Shown here piece by piece: positions 12,261-22,187 of a stretch of 64,000 nt of DNA. The stretch lies in contig CAYWPL010000008.1 in NCBI GenBank assembly GCA_964460365.1, positions 7,835-71,834 on the forward strand. Reading direction: 5' to 3'. The first letter of the stretch is position 1; the number at the start of each line of letters is the position of its first letter. This DNA is from an uncultured Candidatus Peribacteria bacterium (GTDB taxonomy: Bacteria > Patescibacteriota > Gracilibacteria > Peribacterales > Peribacteraceae). The position numbers were made by a program, and so were the translations under genes. The notes beneath the pieces were generated by a model that was given only the letters and a program-made list of their open reading frames with translations, had not been told where the DNA came from and made no database searches.

Positions 12261-13749
12261 GAAATCCCGGCGGCAGGTTCCGGGCGACGGCCCAGATGAT
12301 TAGCGTGGCGTAACAGACGGTCACGGTTTTTGGGCCGACCTGGAACCCCACCGCTGCGAAGGGCAGACGGGCCAGTGCGCGGGTCCAGAGGATGATCCAC
12401 TGCAGCGCGATGGAGCCCGGAATGCTGATGAGTTTTGCGATGAAGGGCAGAACGGGCGAGACGGCCGCACTCCCAAGGCCGAAGAACGTCGCAGCGGGAA
12501 CGGCGGGTGGCGCCAGCACGTTGGCGATGGGTGCGATGAGCGATAGTCGCCCGAAGAGCATCGCCATCCACGGGACGGTCGTGATCTGCGCCGCGACGGT
12601 GAGGCGCAGGGTCTCCCGGAGGCCGAACCGCTCCGGCAGCCACGTAAACCAGCGCTCCACCAGCGGTGCGATCTCGGTAATGCCGAGCAGTGCCAGGAAC
12701 GACAGCTGAAACCCCGCGTCGTACCAGAGTTGTTTGGGATTCCAGACGAGCATCGCACACAGCGTCCAGAGGATGGACAGCCGCAGCGACTGCGACCGGC
12801 CCAGCCGTACTGCCGTAAGGCCGAGCACGCCCATAATCGCGGCGCGCATGACCGACGCGCTCCCGCCCGTGAAGAGCGCGAACAGCAACACGAGGCAGAC
12901 CGAAGGGATGTACCGCCAGCGCAGCGGCAGCCAGAAGAGTAGCGTGCCGAGCGCCGCGATCACCATGGTCACATTCGTCCCCGAGATGGCCACGAGGTGG
13001 CTCAGGCCCACATCGGCGAAATCCTGCTGCAGATCCTCGGGGATGCCCCGCCGCGAGCCCGTGATGAGGCCGGCCAGCAGCGACGATTGCGGCTCCGGGT
13101 AGAGCACGGCAAGGCGCGCCTCAAACGCGTCTTTCCAGTCGTAGAGCGTGCGCAGGATCGAGGCCGGTGCGGTGCCGCCGCCCGCCGCGACGGTGGCCCG
13201 CGGCATGATCGCGGTGATCTCGTAGCGGGCCAGGTACAGGTCGTACCGGAAGCCCTTGATGCCCCCCGGGCGGAGCAGGTTCCCGCGCACGATCACGGCG
13301 TCGCCGTAGCGGTAGCGCGGCCAGCCGGACCGGTCCGTGGCGAGAACTTTGCCCTCCACGGGCAGCAGAGCACCTGTCGCGGTTTCCAATGCGGCCGCGG
13401 CGATTGCGTAGCGCGTGAAGAGCGGCCGGCGCTCGGGTTCGGCGGCGATCCGGCCGCGGACGGAGACGACGCGTTCTACGGCATAGCGTTCCACCGAGAG
13501 CGCCGTTTCCACGCGCGTCGTGCGGCTGACCGCGGAGAAGGCGAGCAGCATCCCGATGGCGCAGGCCGCGACGCATCCGCCCACGTTGCGCGTCACGGGC
13601 ACAATGCATCCGTAGAGTCCGGCGAGCGCACCGAGCGCCAGGGTCAGCCAGACCGACATCGGGTACGCGGCCGCCTGGTTCCATTGCAGCAAAAAGACCG
13701 TTCCAAGGAACGAGAGCAGAAAGCAGACGGAGAGACGCGCGGGGGCCAT
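12190..13749 (-). CDS. comEC: ComEC/Rec2-family DNA internalisation channel protein
   Basis: 519-aa polytopic ORF with the competence-domain signature GLSHLVAISGTNVTMV and an N-terminal OB-like region (VRGRIAAEPERRP...VIVRGNLLRP). No C-terminal metallo-beta-lactamase domain is present. Confidence 0.87.
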   Translation of the reverse strand: MAPARLSVCFLLSFLGTVFLLQWNQAAAYPMSVWLTLALGALAGLYGCIVPVTRNVGGCVAACAIGMLLAFSAVSRTTRVETALSVERYAVERVVSVRGRIAAEPERRPLFTRYAIAAAALETATGALLPVEGKVLATDRSGWPRYRYGDAVIVRGNLLRPGGIKGFRYDLYLARYEITAIMPRATVAAGGGTAPASILRTLYDWKDAFEARLAVLYPEPQSSLLAGLITGSRRGIPEDLQQDFADVGLSHLVAISGTNVTMVIAALGTLLFWLPLRWRYIPSVCLVLLFALFTGGSASVMRAAIMGVLGLTAVRLGRSQSLRLSILWTLCAMLVWNPKQLWYDAGFQLSFLALLGITEIAPLVERWFTWLPERFGLRETLRLTVAAQITTVPWMAMLFGRLSLIAPIANVLAPPAVPAATFFGLGSAAVSPVLPFIAKLISIPGSIALQWIILWTRALARLPFAAVGFQVGPKTVTVCYATLIIWAVARNLPPGFLTTRRAAASSTSGPTAPSPPGSA

Positions 13750-13871
13750 GTTTTCTCACTGTGCGCTCCGCATCGGCCGCGCGGAGGATCACGCCGGAAC
13801 GATCACCGCGTCCACGCGGACTTTTGCTTTCCGGACGGACATGCCGGCGGTTTCATCCCTCCGCGGAACGC

Positions 13872-14687
13872 TCAGGCGCCGCGCCGCGCTTTCGCCAGCG
13901 CGATCCATTCCTCAATCGTCAGTGTCTCGGGGCGGCGCGTCGGGTCGATGCTGTGTGTCTTCAGCAGTTCCATGCCGTCCGGCAGGCTGCCGAGCGTGTT
14001 GCGAAGCATCTTGCGCTTCTGCCCGAAGCCGAGCTTCGTCAGCCGGAAGATCGCGTCGATCGTCTCCGCGTCCGCAAGGGGTGTCGGGTGGCTCTTGATG
14101 TGCAGGACCGCCGATTCCACCTCGGGCGGGGGGAGGAAGGCGTTCTTTCCGACGATCTGGATGATGGACGGCTCGCCGAAGAGCGCGACCAATATCGTGA
14201 GCATTCCGGCGCTCTCGGTGTCGCAGATCTTCTCGGCCACTTCGCGCTGGATGAGCAGCGTCATCGTCGTCGGGCGCACGGCGGATTCCAAAAACGCGTG
14301 GCGCAGGAGCGGCGAGGTGATGTGATACGGGATATTGGCGACGATTTTGTACGGCGTGTCCGGGAAAGGCGTCGAGAGCGCGTTGCCTTTCACGATGGTC
14401 AGCTTCCCGAGATGTTCTGGCCCGATGAAGCGCTCCAACAGAGGCGGTAGGCGCGGGTCCAGTTCGATGGCCGTCACGGAGGCGGCGTCCATCAGCAGCT
14501 CGCGCGTGAGCACGCCGATGCCCGGGCCGATCTCCACGATGCGGTCCTCCGACTCGATCTCCGCCGCGTCCAGGATCGCCTCCAGCACCTCGCGGTCGAT
14601 CAGAAAGTGCTGCCCGAGATCAGTGTTCAGGCGCAGGCCGTTTGCCTGCAGGAATTGTCGCACGTCGTCTTCCAGATCCGTTTCCAT
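13872..14687 (-). CDS. rsmA: 16S rRNA (adenine1518/1519-N6)-dimethyltransferase
   Basis: GQHFLIDREVLEAILDAA, the SAM motif VEIGPGIGVLTRELL, and NIPYHITSPLL. Confidence 0.93.
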   Translation of the reverse strand: METDLEDDVRQFLQANGLRLNTDLGQHFLIDREVLEAILDAAEIESEDRIVEIGPGIGVLTRELLMDAASVTAIELDPRLPPLLERFIGPEHLGKLTIVKGNALSTPFPDTPYKIVANIPYHITSPLLRHAFLESAVRPTTMTLLIQREVAEKICDTESAGMLTILVALFGEPSIIQIVGKNAFLPPPEVESAVLHIKSHPTPLADAETIDAIFRLTKLGFGQKRKMLRNTLGSLPDGMELLKTHSIDPTRRPETLTIEEWIALAKARRGA

Positions 14688-14708
14688 GGTGTGAGCCTAC
14701 CAGAGGGC

Positions 14709-15905
14709 TCAGTCCCGTGCCTTCAGGATCTTCTCGCCCAGCTCGGGGATGCGCGCCAGCGGAATGCCCGCGATGTTGATCCGTCCGTCGCCCGTGAGGA
14801 ACACCAGATGATCCACTTTAAGCCGGTCGATCTCCGTTGCCGTCAGCGGCAGCATCGCGAACATGCCGTGTCCCGTCACGGAAGCACGCATGTCCTCCGG
14901 AAGCGCCTGGAACAGTGCCTGACGCTTGCGCGCCAGCATCGTCCGCGCCGCCTGCATGTCGGCCAGCCACGCGTCTTTATGCGACATCTGCACGGCGGCC
15001 ACGACCGATTGCCCGAACGACGCGGCGGCGGAGTGAATCCCGCGCGTGATCGTCGAGTAGTGGCCCTCCACCTGTGCCTTCTCGGCTTCGTCTTTTACGA
15101 TCGCCAATGCCATGCCCGTGCGTTCGCTGTAGAGCGAGTGGTTCTTGGAGGCCGACCACGCGACGAGCGTCGGCACGCCGCTTGCGGCCATCATCCTGAC
15201 CGGCGCTGCGTCGCTCTTGGGTACATCCTTGAAGCCCTGATATGCCAGATCGAGGATGGCGACCGAGCCGTACCGTTCCATCAGGTCCCGCAGCTCGATC
15301 CACTGGGCATCCGAGAAATCCAATCCCGCCGGGTTGTGGCAGCCCACCTGGAGCAGCACCGTGCAGGGATGTTGTTCTTTCTTGAGTGCCACGGCGATGT
15401 CGGCGACCGTCGGTTTGCCGTTGTGCAGGCAGGGCACCTCGCGCACCGTGAAGCCTGCGGCGCGGCAGAGCGGCGGATGGTTGGCCCAGGCGGGCATCGG
15501 CAGGATCAGCGGCATCTCGGGGTCCATCAGACGGGCAAGGCGCAGGTTGAGCGCGACGGCTCCGGTGCCGCCCGTGGAGGCGATCGACGCCGTCATCGGT
15601 GCCTTGTCGTCGAAAATCAGGCTCGTCACGCTCTGGCGGTATTCCGGAAGCCCCAGCAGGGCCGGATACGAGTACGAGCGATGCGTCAGTGTCTTCGTGA
15701 CGTCTTCCAGCGCGGCTTTGACGCTCGGAAAGAGCGCCGTGCGGCCCTCTTCGTCCATGTACACGCCGATCGTGCCGTTGATGGCGCGCGGACCCGCGGC
15801 TTTGGCGGCTCCCGCGATGGCGAAGATCGGGTCGGGCTTGGCGGGGGGCAGTGCGTGGAAACCGGGTGAGGACATGGAGGTCAGGGGGAGTATAGGGCTC
15901 ACCAC
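14709..15905 (-). CDS. Class I PLP aminotransferase of the AspC/TyrB (aspartate/aromatic) type
   Basis: 398 aa. The PLP-lysine motif SASKNHSLYSERTG matches SKNFGLYNERVG of AspC/TyrB. IGVYMDEEG near the N-terminus also fits. It sits at the end of the aromatic operon. Confidence 0.88.
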   Translation of the reverse strand: MVSPILPLTSMSSPGFHALPPAKPDPIFAIAGAAKAAGPRAINGTIGVYMDEEGRTALFPSVKAALEDVTKTLTHRSYSYPALLGLPEYRQSVTSLIFDDKAPMTASIASTGGTGAVALNLRLARLMDPEMPLILPMPAWANHPPLCRAAGFTVREVPCLHNGKPTVADIAVALKKEQHPCTVLLQVGCHNPAGLDFSDAQWIELRDLMERYGSVAILDLAYQGFKDVPKSDAAPVRMMAASGVPTLVAWSASKNHSLYSERTGMALAIVKDEAEKAQVEGHYSTITRGIHSAAASFGQSVVAAVQMSHKDAWLADMQAARTMLARKRQALFQALPEDMRASVTGHGMFAMLPLTATEIDRLKVDHLVFLTGDGRINIAGIPLARIPELGEKILKARD

Positions 15906-16690
15906 TCTCCGAGCACACGGATGTCGGCGATATCCGCTATGTCTTTGAGGAGTGCGGCGACGCGCGCGGAATTCCGGGTGCCGAAGAAGTCCACGAAGAA
16001 CGAGTAGTCGCCCAGCCTCTCTCCCGTGGGACGGCTCTCGATGCGCGAGAGGTTCACATCGTAGATCTTGAAAGGGGTGAGCAGCGCGTGCAGGCGGCCA
16101 GGACGGTCATCGCCGGGATGAATATGCAGGACGGCGCTCATCTGGGTTTTTTCCACGTCGGGGAACGGGTCCGCGTTGGCGATGACGGCAAAGCGCGTCG
16201 TGTTGTTCTTCCCCTGGATATCATCCTCCACTACCAGCAGTCCACGTTTCTTCATTGTCCTGGCCGAGGCGATGGCGCACACGGTCGGGTCGGCGAGCGC
16301 GAGATCGATCGCCTGTGCCGTGCTGCTGACGGCAAAACGCTCCGCAAGCGGGAAGCGTTTGCGCAGGAACGCGCGGCACTGCGATAGCGCCTGCGGATGG
16401 CTGGCGACGCGCGTCACTTTTGCCACGTCCAGCGCGCCCAGCGCCTGGCGGATCGCCACGTCGTGCATGCGCCAGATGCGTGCGCTGGTGCTCATCAGCA
16501 GGTCGAGCACTTCATCCACCGAGCCATGGAGACTGTTCTCGATCGGCACAATGCCGATGTCGCCGCCGCGGGTGACAGCGTCGAAGACGCCATCGAAGTT
16601 GGGACAGAGCAGGATCCCGGCGTCCGGGTAGAGCGCCTGGACGGATTCGTGCGAGAAGGTGCCTGCTGGGCCGAGTGTATGAACGTTCAT
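15899..16690 (-). CDS. pheA: Prephenate dehydratase with a C-terminal ACT domain
   Basis: GPAGTFSHE at the N-terminus, TRFAVI, and the ACT/ESRP motif LSRIESRPTGERLGDYSFFVDF. Confidence 0.9.
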   Translation of the reverse strand: MNVHTLGPAGTFSHESVQALYPDAGILLCPNFDGVFDAVTRGGDIGIVPIENSLHGSVDEVLDLLMSTSARIWRMHDVAIRQALGALDVAKVTRVASHPQALSQCRAFLRKRFPLAERFAVSSTAQAIDLALADPTVCAIASARTMKKRGLLVVEDDIQGKNNTTRFAVIANADPFPDVEKTQMSAVLHIHPGDDRPGRLHALLTPFKIYDVNLSRIESRPTGERLGDYSFFVDFFGTRNSARVAALLKDIADIADIRVLGEW

Positions 16691-16712
16691 GGGAGCGGAG
16701 GAGGGAAGACGC

Positions 16713-16964
16713 TTACGCGTTTTTCTGGATACGGTGGGATTCGGTCAGGATGTCGTCGAGCAGGCGCAGTGCGAAATCTTCGGAAAGGCCGGATTGCCTG
16801 GCTTCCTCGACCCACAGCGCGCGCAACTCGGCCTCACGTTTATTATCGGCAACCTGTTTTTTGTAGCCCGTCGTCTGCGTGACGAGGAGGAGGCGGCGGC
16901 GGAGGAGCTGGAGCAGGCTGCGGTCGATGGCGTCGATTTCCTGGCGGATGCGGAGGAGGTTCAT
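16713..16964 (-). CDS. Chorismate mutase, AroQ class (stand-alone)
   Basis: 83 aa. LLRIRQEIDAIDRSLLQLLRRRLLLVTQTTGYKK ... REAEL ... ILTESHRIQ fits the AroQ helical-bundle pattern. It lies between aroC and pheA. Confidence 0.8.
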   Translation of the reverse strand: MNLLRIRQEIDAIDRSLLQLLRRRLLLVTQTTGYKKQVADNKREAELRALWVEEARQSGLSEDFALRLLDDILTESHRIQKNA

Positions 16965-17003
16965 ACGAAGGATGGGAAGGCAGAAGGATAGGAGGTCGTG
17001 AGG

Positions 17004-17996
17004 TCAAAAGGTGTATATGCGTTGCAGGAGCAGACAATCGGCGAGGACAAGCGCGACTATCGCTTCGGCCACGGGAATGACACGGGGCACGATGCACGGA
17101 TCATGGCGGCCCTGCTTGGCGGTCTCGCCCACGGAGGATGCGGGCTTGATGCTCACGGTCAGCACGAGATCGTCGCCGGTGGAGATACCGCCGAGGATGC
17201 CGCCGAAGTTTTCGGGGTTCGTCACGTAATCCTGCCCGTGCATCTCTGCCGTGGCAAAGCCCGCGCCGTAGCTGAAGCCCGTCACTGCGCCGATGCTCAT
17301 GATGCCGTCCGCGAGCCGCTCTTTGAGCTTCCGGAAGACCGGATCGCCGAGGCTCTTGGGCGGCTTCTGGACGCGGATCTGGATCAGGCCGCCGACCGAG
17401 TTGCCCTCCTGCTTCAGTTTCAGGATCGTCGCTTCCATCTCTTTGGCGACTGCCGGGTCCGCGCAGCGCACGGGATTCTGTTCGATGGTGTCAGGCAGGA
17501 ATTTCTTCGCCTCGTGCGCGCCGATCTTGATGGTGTGTCCGATGATGTGCGTCTCCGGCGGCAGCAGTTTGCGCGCCACCACGCCCGCGATCACGCGCGC
17601 GACCGTCTCGCGGCCCGACGAGCGTCCGCCTCCGCGATGATCGCGGTGTCCGTACTTTTCGGCGTAGGTCTGGTCGGCATGGCCGGTGCGGTACTCCAGA
17701 CGCAGGCGTTCGTAGTCTTCCGAGCGCTGGTTCACGTTGCGGACGATGACGGCGATCGGCATGCCAGTCGTCTTGTCTTCGAACACGCCCGACAGAATCT
17801 CGGGGGCGTCATCTTCTTTGCGCGCGGTCGTGACGGCGCTCTGGCCGGGACGGCGTCGCGCGAGTTCGGGCAGAAAATCTTCCACGGTCAGCGGGATACC
17901 CGCGGGACAGCCGTCGATGACGACGCCCAGCGCGGGGCCGTGCGATTCGCCGAAGGTGGTGATGCGGAGAAGATCTCCAAAGAAGTTGCTGGCCAT
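17004..17996 (-). CDS. aroC: Chorismate synthase
   Basis: FGDLLRITTFGESHGPALGVVIDGCPAG, RRRPGQS, GGGRSSGRETVARV and GRHDPCIVPR. Confidence 0.93.
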   Translation of the reverse strand: MASNFFGDLLRITTFGESHGPALGVVIDGCPAGIPLTVEDFLPELARRRPGQSAVTTARKEDDAPEILSGVFEDKTTGMPIAVIVRNVNQRSEDYERLRLEYRTGHADQTYAEKYGHRDHRGGGRSSGRETVARVIAGVVARKLLPPETHIIGHTIKIGAHEAKKFLPDTIEQNPVRCADPAVAKEMEATILKLKQEGNSVGGLIQIRVQKPPKSLGDPVFRKLKERLADGIMSIGAVTGFSYGAGFATAEMHGQDYVTNPENFGGILGGISTGDDLVLTVSIKPASSVGETAKQGRHDPCIVPRVIPVAEAIVALVLADCLLLQRIYTF

Positions 17997-17999
17997 GGC

Positions 18000-19361
18000 T
18001 CAGGCGGGAAAGGAAGAAGAAAGACGCTGACGCAGAGTGGAGATGGCTGCGGGGGGCGCAGCATATCCGTGAAAGAGGTGGAATTGTTCCAGTGCCTGTT
18101 CGATCAGCATCGGCAGGCCGTTGTGGGTCTGGTAGCCCAGGCGCTTTGCATCCATGAGGAACTTGGTGTCGCGGGCGTAACGCAGATCGATGGCCATCGC
18201 GCCCTCCCGGGGCGGAAGCAGCGGGATCGACACATCGTCGGTGACGGCGCAGACAATCACGTCGGGGTTTGTCAGCGCGAGCGCTTCCATCCCGGACACG
18301 GCCACGCCGAAGCGGTCGTGCAGGTCCTCGCAGGCGCCGACGTTGCGCGCGTGTACGGTGATGGTGGCCGCTTCAGCCTGGCGGCAGGCCTCGATGACGG
18401 CCGGCACCACGCCGCCGGATCCGAGGATCGCCACGGTTTTGCGGGGGCGCAGGGCATAGCCGTGCAGGAAACCCGCGACGTCGGTATTGTAGCCTACCCA
18501 GCCCCCCGGATGCCGTATGACCGTGTTGGCGGACCCAAGTGCGGTGACGAGAGGATCGGCATCGTCCAGCGCGCCGACGATGTCGCGCTTCCACGGCGAT
18601 GTCACCGAGAATCCGCTGACGCCCATCGCGGTCAGGTGTTTCCAGGCGTCCTGCAGATCGTCGGCCAGGAAGAGCGTGAACGCGGCGTCGATGCCGCTCT
18701 GCGCGTTGAGCGTGTTATGGATGAGTGGGCTGAGGCTCCGAGTGATGTGCATGCCGCAGAGCAGCCCGAAGAGCGCGGGAGCTTTGCAGTGCCCGACAGT
18801 CGCGTACTCGCGCAGCGGGATCTGCCCCGGCGCAGCGTGCTCGCCCTCGTCCAGATAGGTGTAGGTCAGGGCGTTGTGGATCGGCGAGAGCAGGCGGTTC
18901 AGATGCGCCTTGGGGCCCATGCCGAGGATGACCGCCTTGTCGTCGGATTTTTGTGATGTCTGGAAGGCGGTCAGGATCTGCAGGTCCTCATACGTGTTGA
19001 TGGTCACGGCGATCTTGTGGATGACAGCACCGGTTGCTCGCAACAGGTCCATGAGCCCTTTTAATTCCTCCAACGATGGTATGCCCTGATGGTCATGATA
19101 GCTGCGGATAAGTTTCGTATCTGCCGGAACCGTCAGTTCTTCGCCAAGTTCCAGATCCACATAGGCGGCTGTATGGCGATTTACAAAGGCCTGGCCCGCG
19201 CCGCGCGGCGAGAGAAGCAGCGGCAGTTCGGAGACGAATGCAGAGACATGCGGCGTCTTGTCGCCCCGGATCTCGATCAGCTCCGCGCCCGCGGCCTTCG
19301 CCCGCTTCGCGTAGGCGACCGGGTCTTTGGCAGCCGATGGCGGCAAAGTCACCACGAACAT
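18000..19361 (-). CDS. Bifunctional type I 3-dehydroquinate dehydratase / shikimate 5-dehydrogenase
   Basis: 453 aa. The N-terminal half has the type-I DHQase layout (ELIEIRGD ... VIHKIAV). The C-terminal half has SDH motifs (SLSPLIHN, FSVTSPWK, NTDVAGF, ILGSGGVVPA). Confidence 0.87.
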   Translation of the reverse strand: MFVVTLPPSAAKDPVAYAKRAKAAGAELIEIRGDKTPHVSAFVSELPLLLSPRGAGQAFVNRHTAAYVDLELGEELTVPADTKLIRSYHDHQGIPSLEELKGLMDLLRATGAVIHKIAVTINTYEDLQILTAFQTSQKSDDKAVILGMGPKAHLNRLLSPIHNALTYTYLDEGEHAAPGQIPLREYATVGHCKAPALFGLLCGMHITRSLSPLIHNTLNAQSGIDAAFTLFLADDLQDAWKHLTAMGVSGFSVTSPWKRDIVGALDDADPLVTALGSANTVIRHPGGWVGYNTDVAGFLHGYALRPRKTVAILGSGGVVPAVIEACRQAEAATITVHARNVGACEDLHDRFGVAVSGMEALALTNPDVIVCAVTDDVSIPLLPPREGAMAIDLRYARDTKFLMDAKRLGYQTHNGLPMLIEQALEQFHLFHGYAAPPAAISTLRQRLSSSFPA

Positions 19362-21151
19362 CGTGCGCGGAGCTTGCGGGTGAGATACGAGGCGTGTCCC
19401 GGGAAGGGGATCGACGCGGGCAATTCGAGATCGGCGACCGACGCGTAGAGCGGCGTGCGTTTTTTGAGGATCATGGGGACTTCGCGTTCCAGTGGCATGT
19501 CGGTGAGCGCGGGGCGGTCCAGCTTTTTCAGCCGCTCGACCACGTCTTTCTCGCGCACCTGCATCCAGATGACCGTCGCGTGTTTTTTTAGCAATGCCCG
19601 GACGCGTTTGGTCTCGACAGCCCCGCCGCCGAGTGCCGTCACGAAACCCGGACGCAGACAGGCTTCAACGGCTTCAGCTTCTTTCTCACGGAAGGCTTCC
19701 CAGCCGTGCTTCTCCACGAACGCACGGATGTCGCCGTGCTCGGCCGAGAAGACTTTGTCGGTATCCACGTGTTTGAGTTTCAGCCGGCGTGCGAGCTGGC
19801 GCGCCAGGTGAGATTTGCCGCAGCCGCGCATGCCGACGATGGCAATGCTGCGGGGGCTCTTTGTCACCGCGTGCAGATCCTCGAAGAAGCGGGGGTAGCT
19901 CTTGGACACGCATTCCGGATGCCTGATGCGGATCCCGGTATGCAGGCAGCCGAGGATCGCGAAGGCCATCGCCATGCGATGATCGTCGTGCGGGTCGAGC
20001 ATGGCATCGCGCAGGCCGGATTTTCCCCGGATGACGAGGCCGTCGGGACGCTCTTCGATCATGATGCCGGTCTTTGAGAGTTCTGTGGTGATGACGGCGA
20101 GCCGGTCGCATTCCTTCAAGCGCAGATTGGCGGCGCCCGTGATTGTCGTCTCACCTTCCCGGTGCGCGGCTAACACCGCGAGGTTCATCACCTGATCCGG
20201 AATGTCTCTCGCATCGAGCGTCCGTGCGCCGTCGCCGCGCAGTGCTGCAATGGCTTTGGGCAGCGCTTTGTCGCCTTGCATGGAGTCCGGCGAGAGATTG
20301 AGCGCATCGATGCGGCTGCCCGTGATCTCCGCGAGCACCAGATACGCCCCGACCGCGCTCCAGTCGCCTTCGATCACGTATTCGCCGGGGGAGGCCGGCG
20401 TGATCGGTCCGATGTGATACCGCCGCGGCGTTCGCTTGATCTCCACTCCGAAGTCGCGCAGAACGCGCTCCGTCAGGTCGATGTATGAGGGCGAGGCCGG
20501 GTTGGACGGCAGTGTCACCTGAAGTCCGCGCTCCAATGACGAACCGATCAGCAGGAGCGAGCTCAGGAACTGGCTGCTCTTTCCGGCATCGAGCGTCACG
20601 TCGCCGCCAGTGATCCGCTTGCCGCAGATGCGCAGCGGAGGGCAGTCGTTGGTGTCTTCGATGTCCGCGCCGAGGACGCGCAGCGCGTCAGTGAGATCTC
20701 CAATGGGGCGCTGGCGCATGCGCTCGCTGCCAGTCACTGTCCACTCGCCCGGCGTGATGCATGCGAGCGACGTCAAAAATCGCAGCGTCGTGCCGGCAGC
20801 CCCACAGTCGAGGGTAATGCGGCGCATGTTTCGTAGCGGAGAGTTCGAACTCTCCGCTACGGGGGTATTTGAGGAGGGGATTCCTCCACGCACCGTGAGC
20901 GTGCCTTTTTCTGCATCGGTCCACGTCAGATCAAAGCCCATCTGTTGCAGGTTCTTCACCAGCGCCGCGACGTCATCACACGGTGTGGCGTGCTTCAGCA
21001 CCGTCGTTCCGCCCGCAAGACACGCTGCCACGATGGCACGGTTTGCGTGCGATTTGGAACCGGGCATGGCGAGGCGCGCATCGAAGGGCAGGGACAGGGG
21101 CACGACCGTCAACAGCGGCTCAGCCATGGCGGACGGCGAGGAATTCTTCAA
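19349..21151 (-). CDS. EPSP synthase fused to shikimate kinase
   Basis: 600 aa. EPSPS motifs are PGSKSHANRA, LDCGAAGTTLRFL, RMRQRPIG, GKSSQFLSSLL, KECDRL and DDHRMAMAF. The C-terminal ~170 aa has a Walker A motif (IAIVGMRGCGKSHLARQLA) typical of AroK. The gene overlaps aroB by 32 nt and aroD-E by 13 nt. Confidence 0.9.
   Translation of the reverse strand: MKNSSPSAMAEPLLTVVPLSLPFDARLAMPGSKSHANRAIVAACLAGGTTVLKHATPCDDVAALVKNLQQMGFDLTWTDAEKGTLTVRGGIPSSNTPVAESSNSPLRNMRRITLDCGAAGTTLRFLTSLACITPGEWTVTGSERMRQRPIGDLTDALRVLGADIEDTNDCPPLRICGKRITGGDVTLDAGKSSQFLSSLLLIGSSLERGLQVTLPSNPASPSYIDLTERVLRDFGVEIKRTPRRYHIGPITPASPGEYVIEGDWSAVGAYLVLAEITGSRIDALNLSPDSMQGDKALPKAIAALRGDGARTLDARDIPDQVMNLAVLAAHREGETTITGAANLRLKECDRLAVITTELSKTGIMIEERPDGLVIRGKSGLRDAMLDPHDDHRMAMAFAILGCLHTGIRIRHPECVSKSYPRFFEDLHAVTKSPRSIAIVGMRGCGKSHLARQLARRLKLKHVDTDKVFSAEHGDIRAFVEKHGWEAFREKEAEAVEACLRPGFVTALGGGAVETKRVRALLKKHATVIWMQVREKDVVERLKKLDRPALTDMPLEREVPMILKKRTPLYASVADLELPASIPFPGHASYLTRKLRARCSW
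20832..20861. repeat. Perfect 30-nt palindrome CGTAGCGGAGAGTTC|GAACTCTCCGCTACG lying in frame inside the aroA coding sequence
   Basis: Both halves are exact reverse complements. It is translated as PVAESSNSPLR within a loop that is ~14 aa longer than the corresponding E. coli AroA segment (GNGG...LFLGNAGT). It is related to the palindromes at 30275 and 35371. Confidence 0.9.
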
Positions 21152-22166
21152 AGGTCATCGGACGCACGTTTCCGTGACCGATGCGGTCGGGCACCGCGAT
21201 GCGCACCACGCCGCCCTGCGTCTTCTTGTCGCGGAGCATCAGCTGCCAAAGCGCGTCGTTGGTCTGGTCCTGCGGGATAGCGAGTGGCATGTCCATCACT
21301 TTCATCAGCTTTTCGACGCGTTCCCAGCCCTTTGTGCCGGCGACGCGCATTTCCACCATCATGCCAAGCGATACGGCCTGCCCGTGCGGGATGGCGAAAC
21401 CCGAGAGCGCCTCGGCAGCATGGCCGACCGTGTGGCCGAAATTCAGCAGCATGCGCTTGCCGTCTTCGCGCTCGTCTTCACCGACTGTCCCGGCCTTCAT
21501 CTTCACGGCACTTTCGATCGCCGCTGCCAGCGTCTCCGGATCGCGCTTTAGCAGCGCAGCCAGATGTTTCTCGAACCACTCGAACGCTCCTGCATCCAGG
21601 ATGGCTGCCATTTTTATGGCTTCTACAAGACCTTCGCGTAACGGCGTGTCCGGCAGGGTTCTGAGAAAATCAATATCGGCGATGACGGCCAGCGGATGAT
21701 GGATGCAGCCGATGATGTTTTTGGAGTGCTCCAGATCCACGCCCGTCTTGCCCCCCACGGACGCGTCCACCATCGCGAGCATGCTTGTTGGTACCTGGAT
21801 CACCCGGATGCCGCGCAGGAAAATCGCGGCCACGAAGCCGCCGAGATCGGTCAGCATTCCGCCGCCCACGCAGAGGAGCACTGTCGAGCGATCGGTACCG
21901 AGTTTTTGTAATTCCGCCGCGATGCGCTCCACTTCTCCCATCGTCTTGGACGCTTCACCGGTCTTCACGGGGATCACGCCGGCGGCACCGGTCAGCTTGG
22001 CCACGGCCTCGGCTATTTCCCGCAGAGCCGCGTCGCACAGTACCACCATGGAGGATGGCTTGGCGTCCTTCAGGATTCGCGGGAGTTCGCGCGCCGCTCC
22101 GGCGCCGATGAGGATCGGATACGAGCGTTGCCGGGGGGAGGGGATGCGGAGTTCGACCGTGCGCAT
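21120..22166 (-). CDS. aroB: 3-dehydroquinate synthase
   Basis: 348 aa. LLCVGGGMLTDLGGFVAA, VPTSMLAMVDASVGGKTGV, and the metal-ligand context LNFGHTVGHA. Confidence 0.92.
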   Translation of the reverse strand: MRTVELRIPSPRQRSYPILIGAGAARELPRILKDAKPSSMVVLCDAALREIAEAVAKLTGAAGVIPVKTGEASKTMGEVERIAAELQKLGTDRSTVLLCVGGGMLTDLGGFVAAIFLRGIRVIQVPTSMLAMVDASVGGKTGVDLEHSKNIIGCIHHPLAVIADIDFLRTLPDTPLREGLVEAIKMAAILDAGAFEWFEKHLAALLKRDPETLAAAIESAVKMKAGTVGEDEREDGKRMLLNFGHTVGHAAEALSGFAIPHGQAVSLGMMVEMRVAGTKGWERVEKLMKVMDMPLAIPQDQTNDALWQLMLRDKKTQGGVVRIAVPDRIGHGNVRPMTFEEFLAVRHG

Positions 22167-22187
22167 GGAGGTGTGGGGAAGTGCGGA

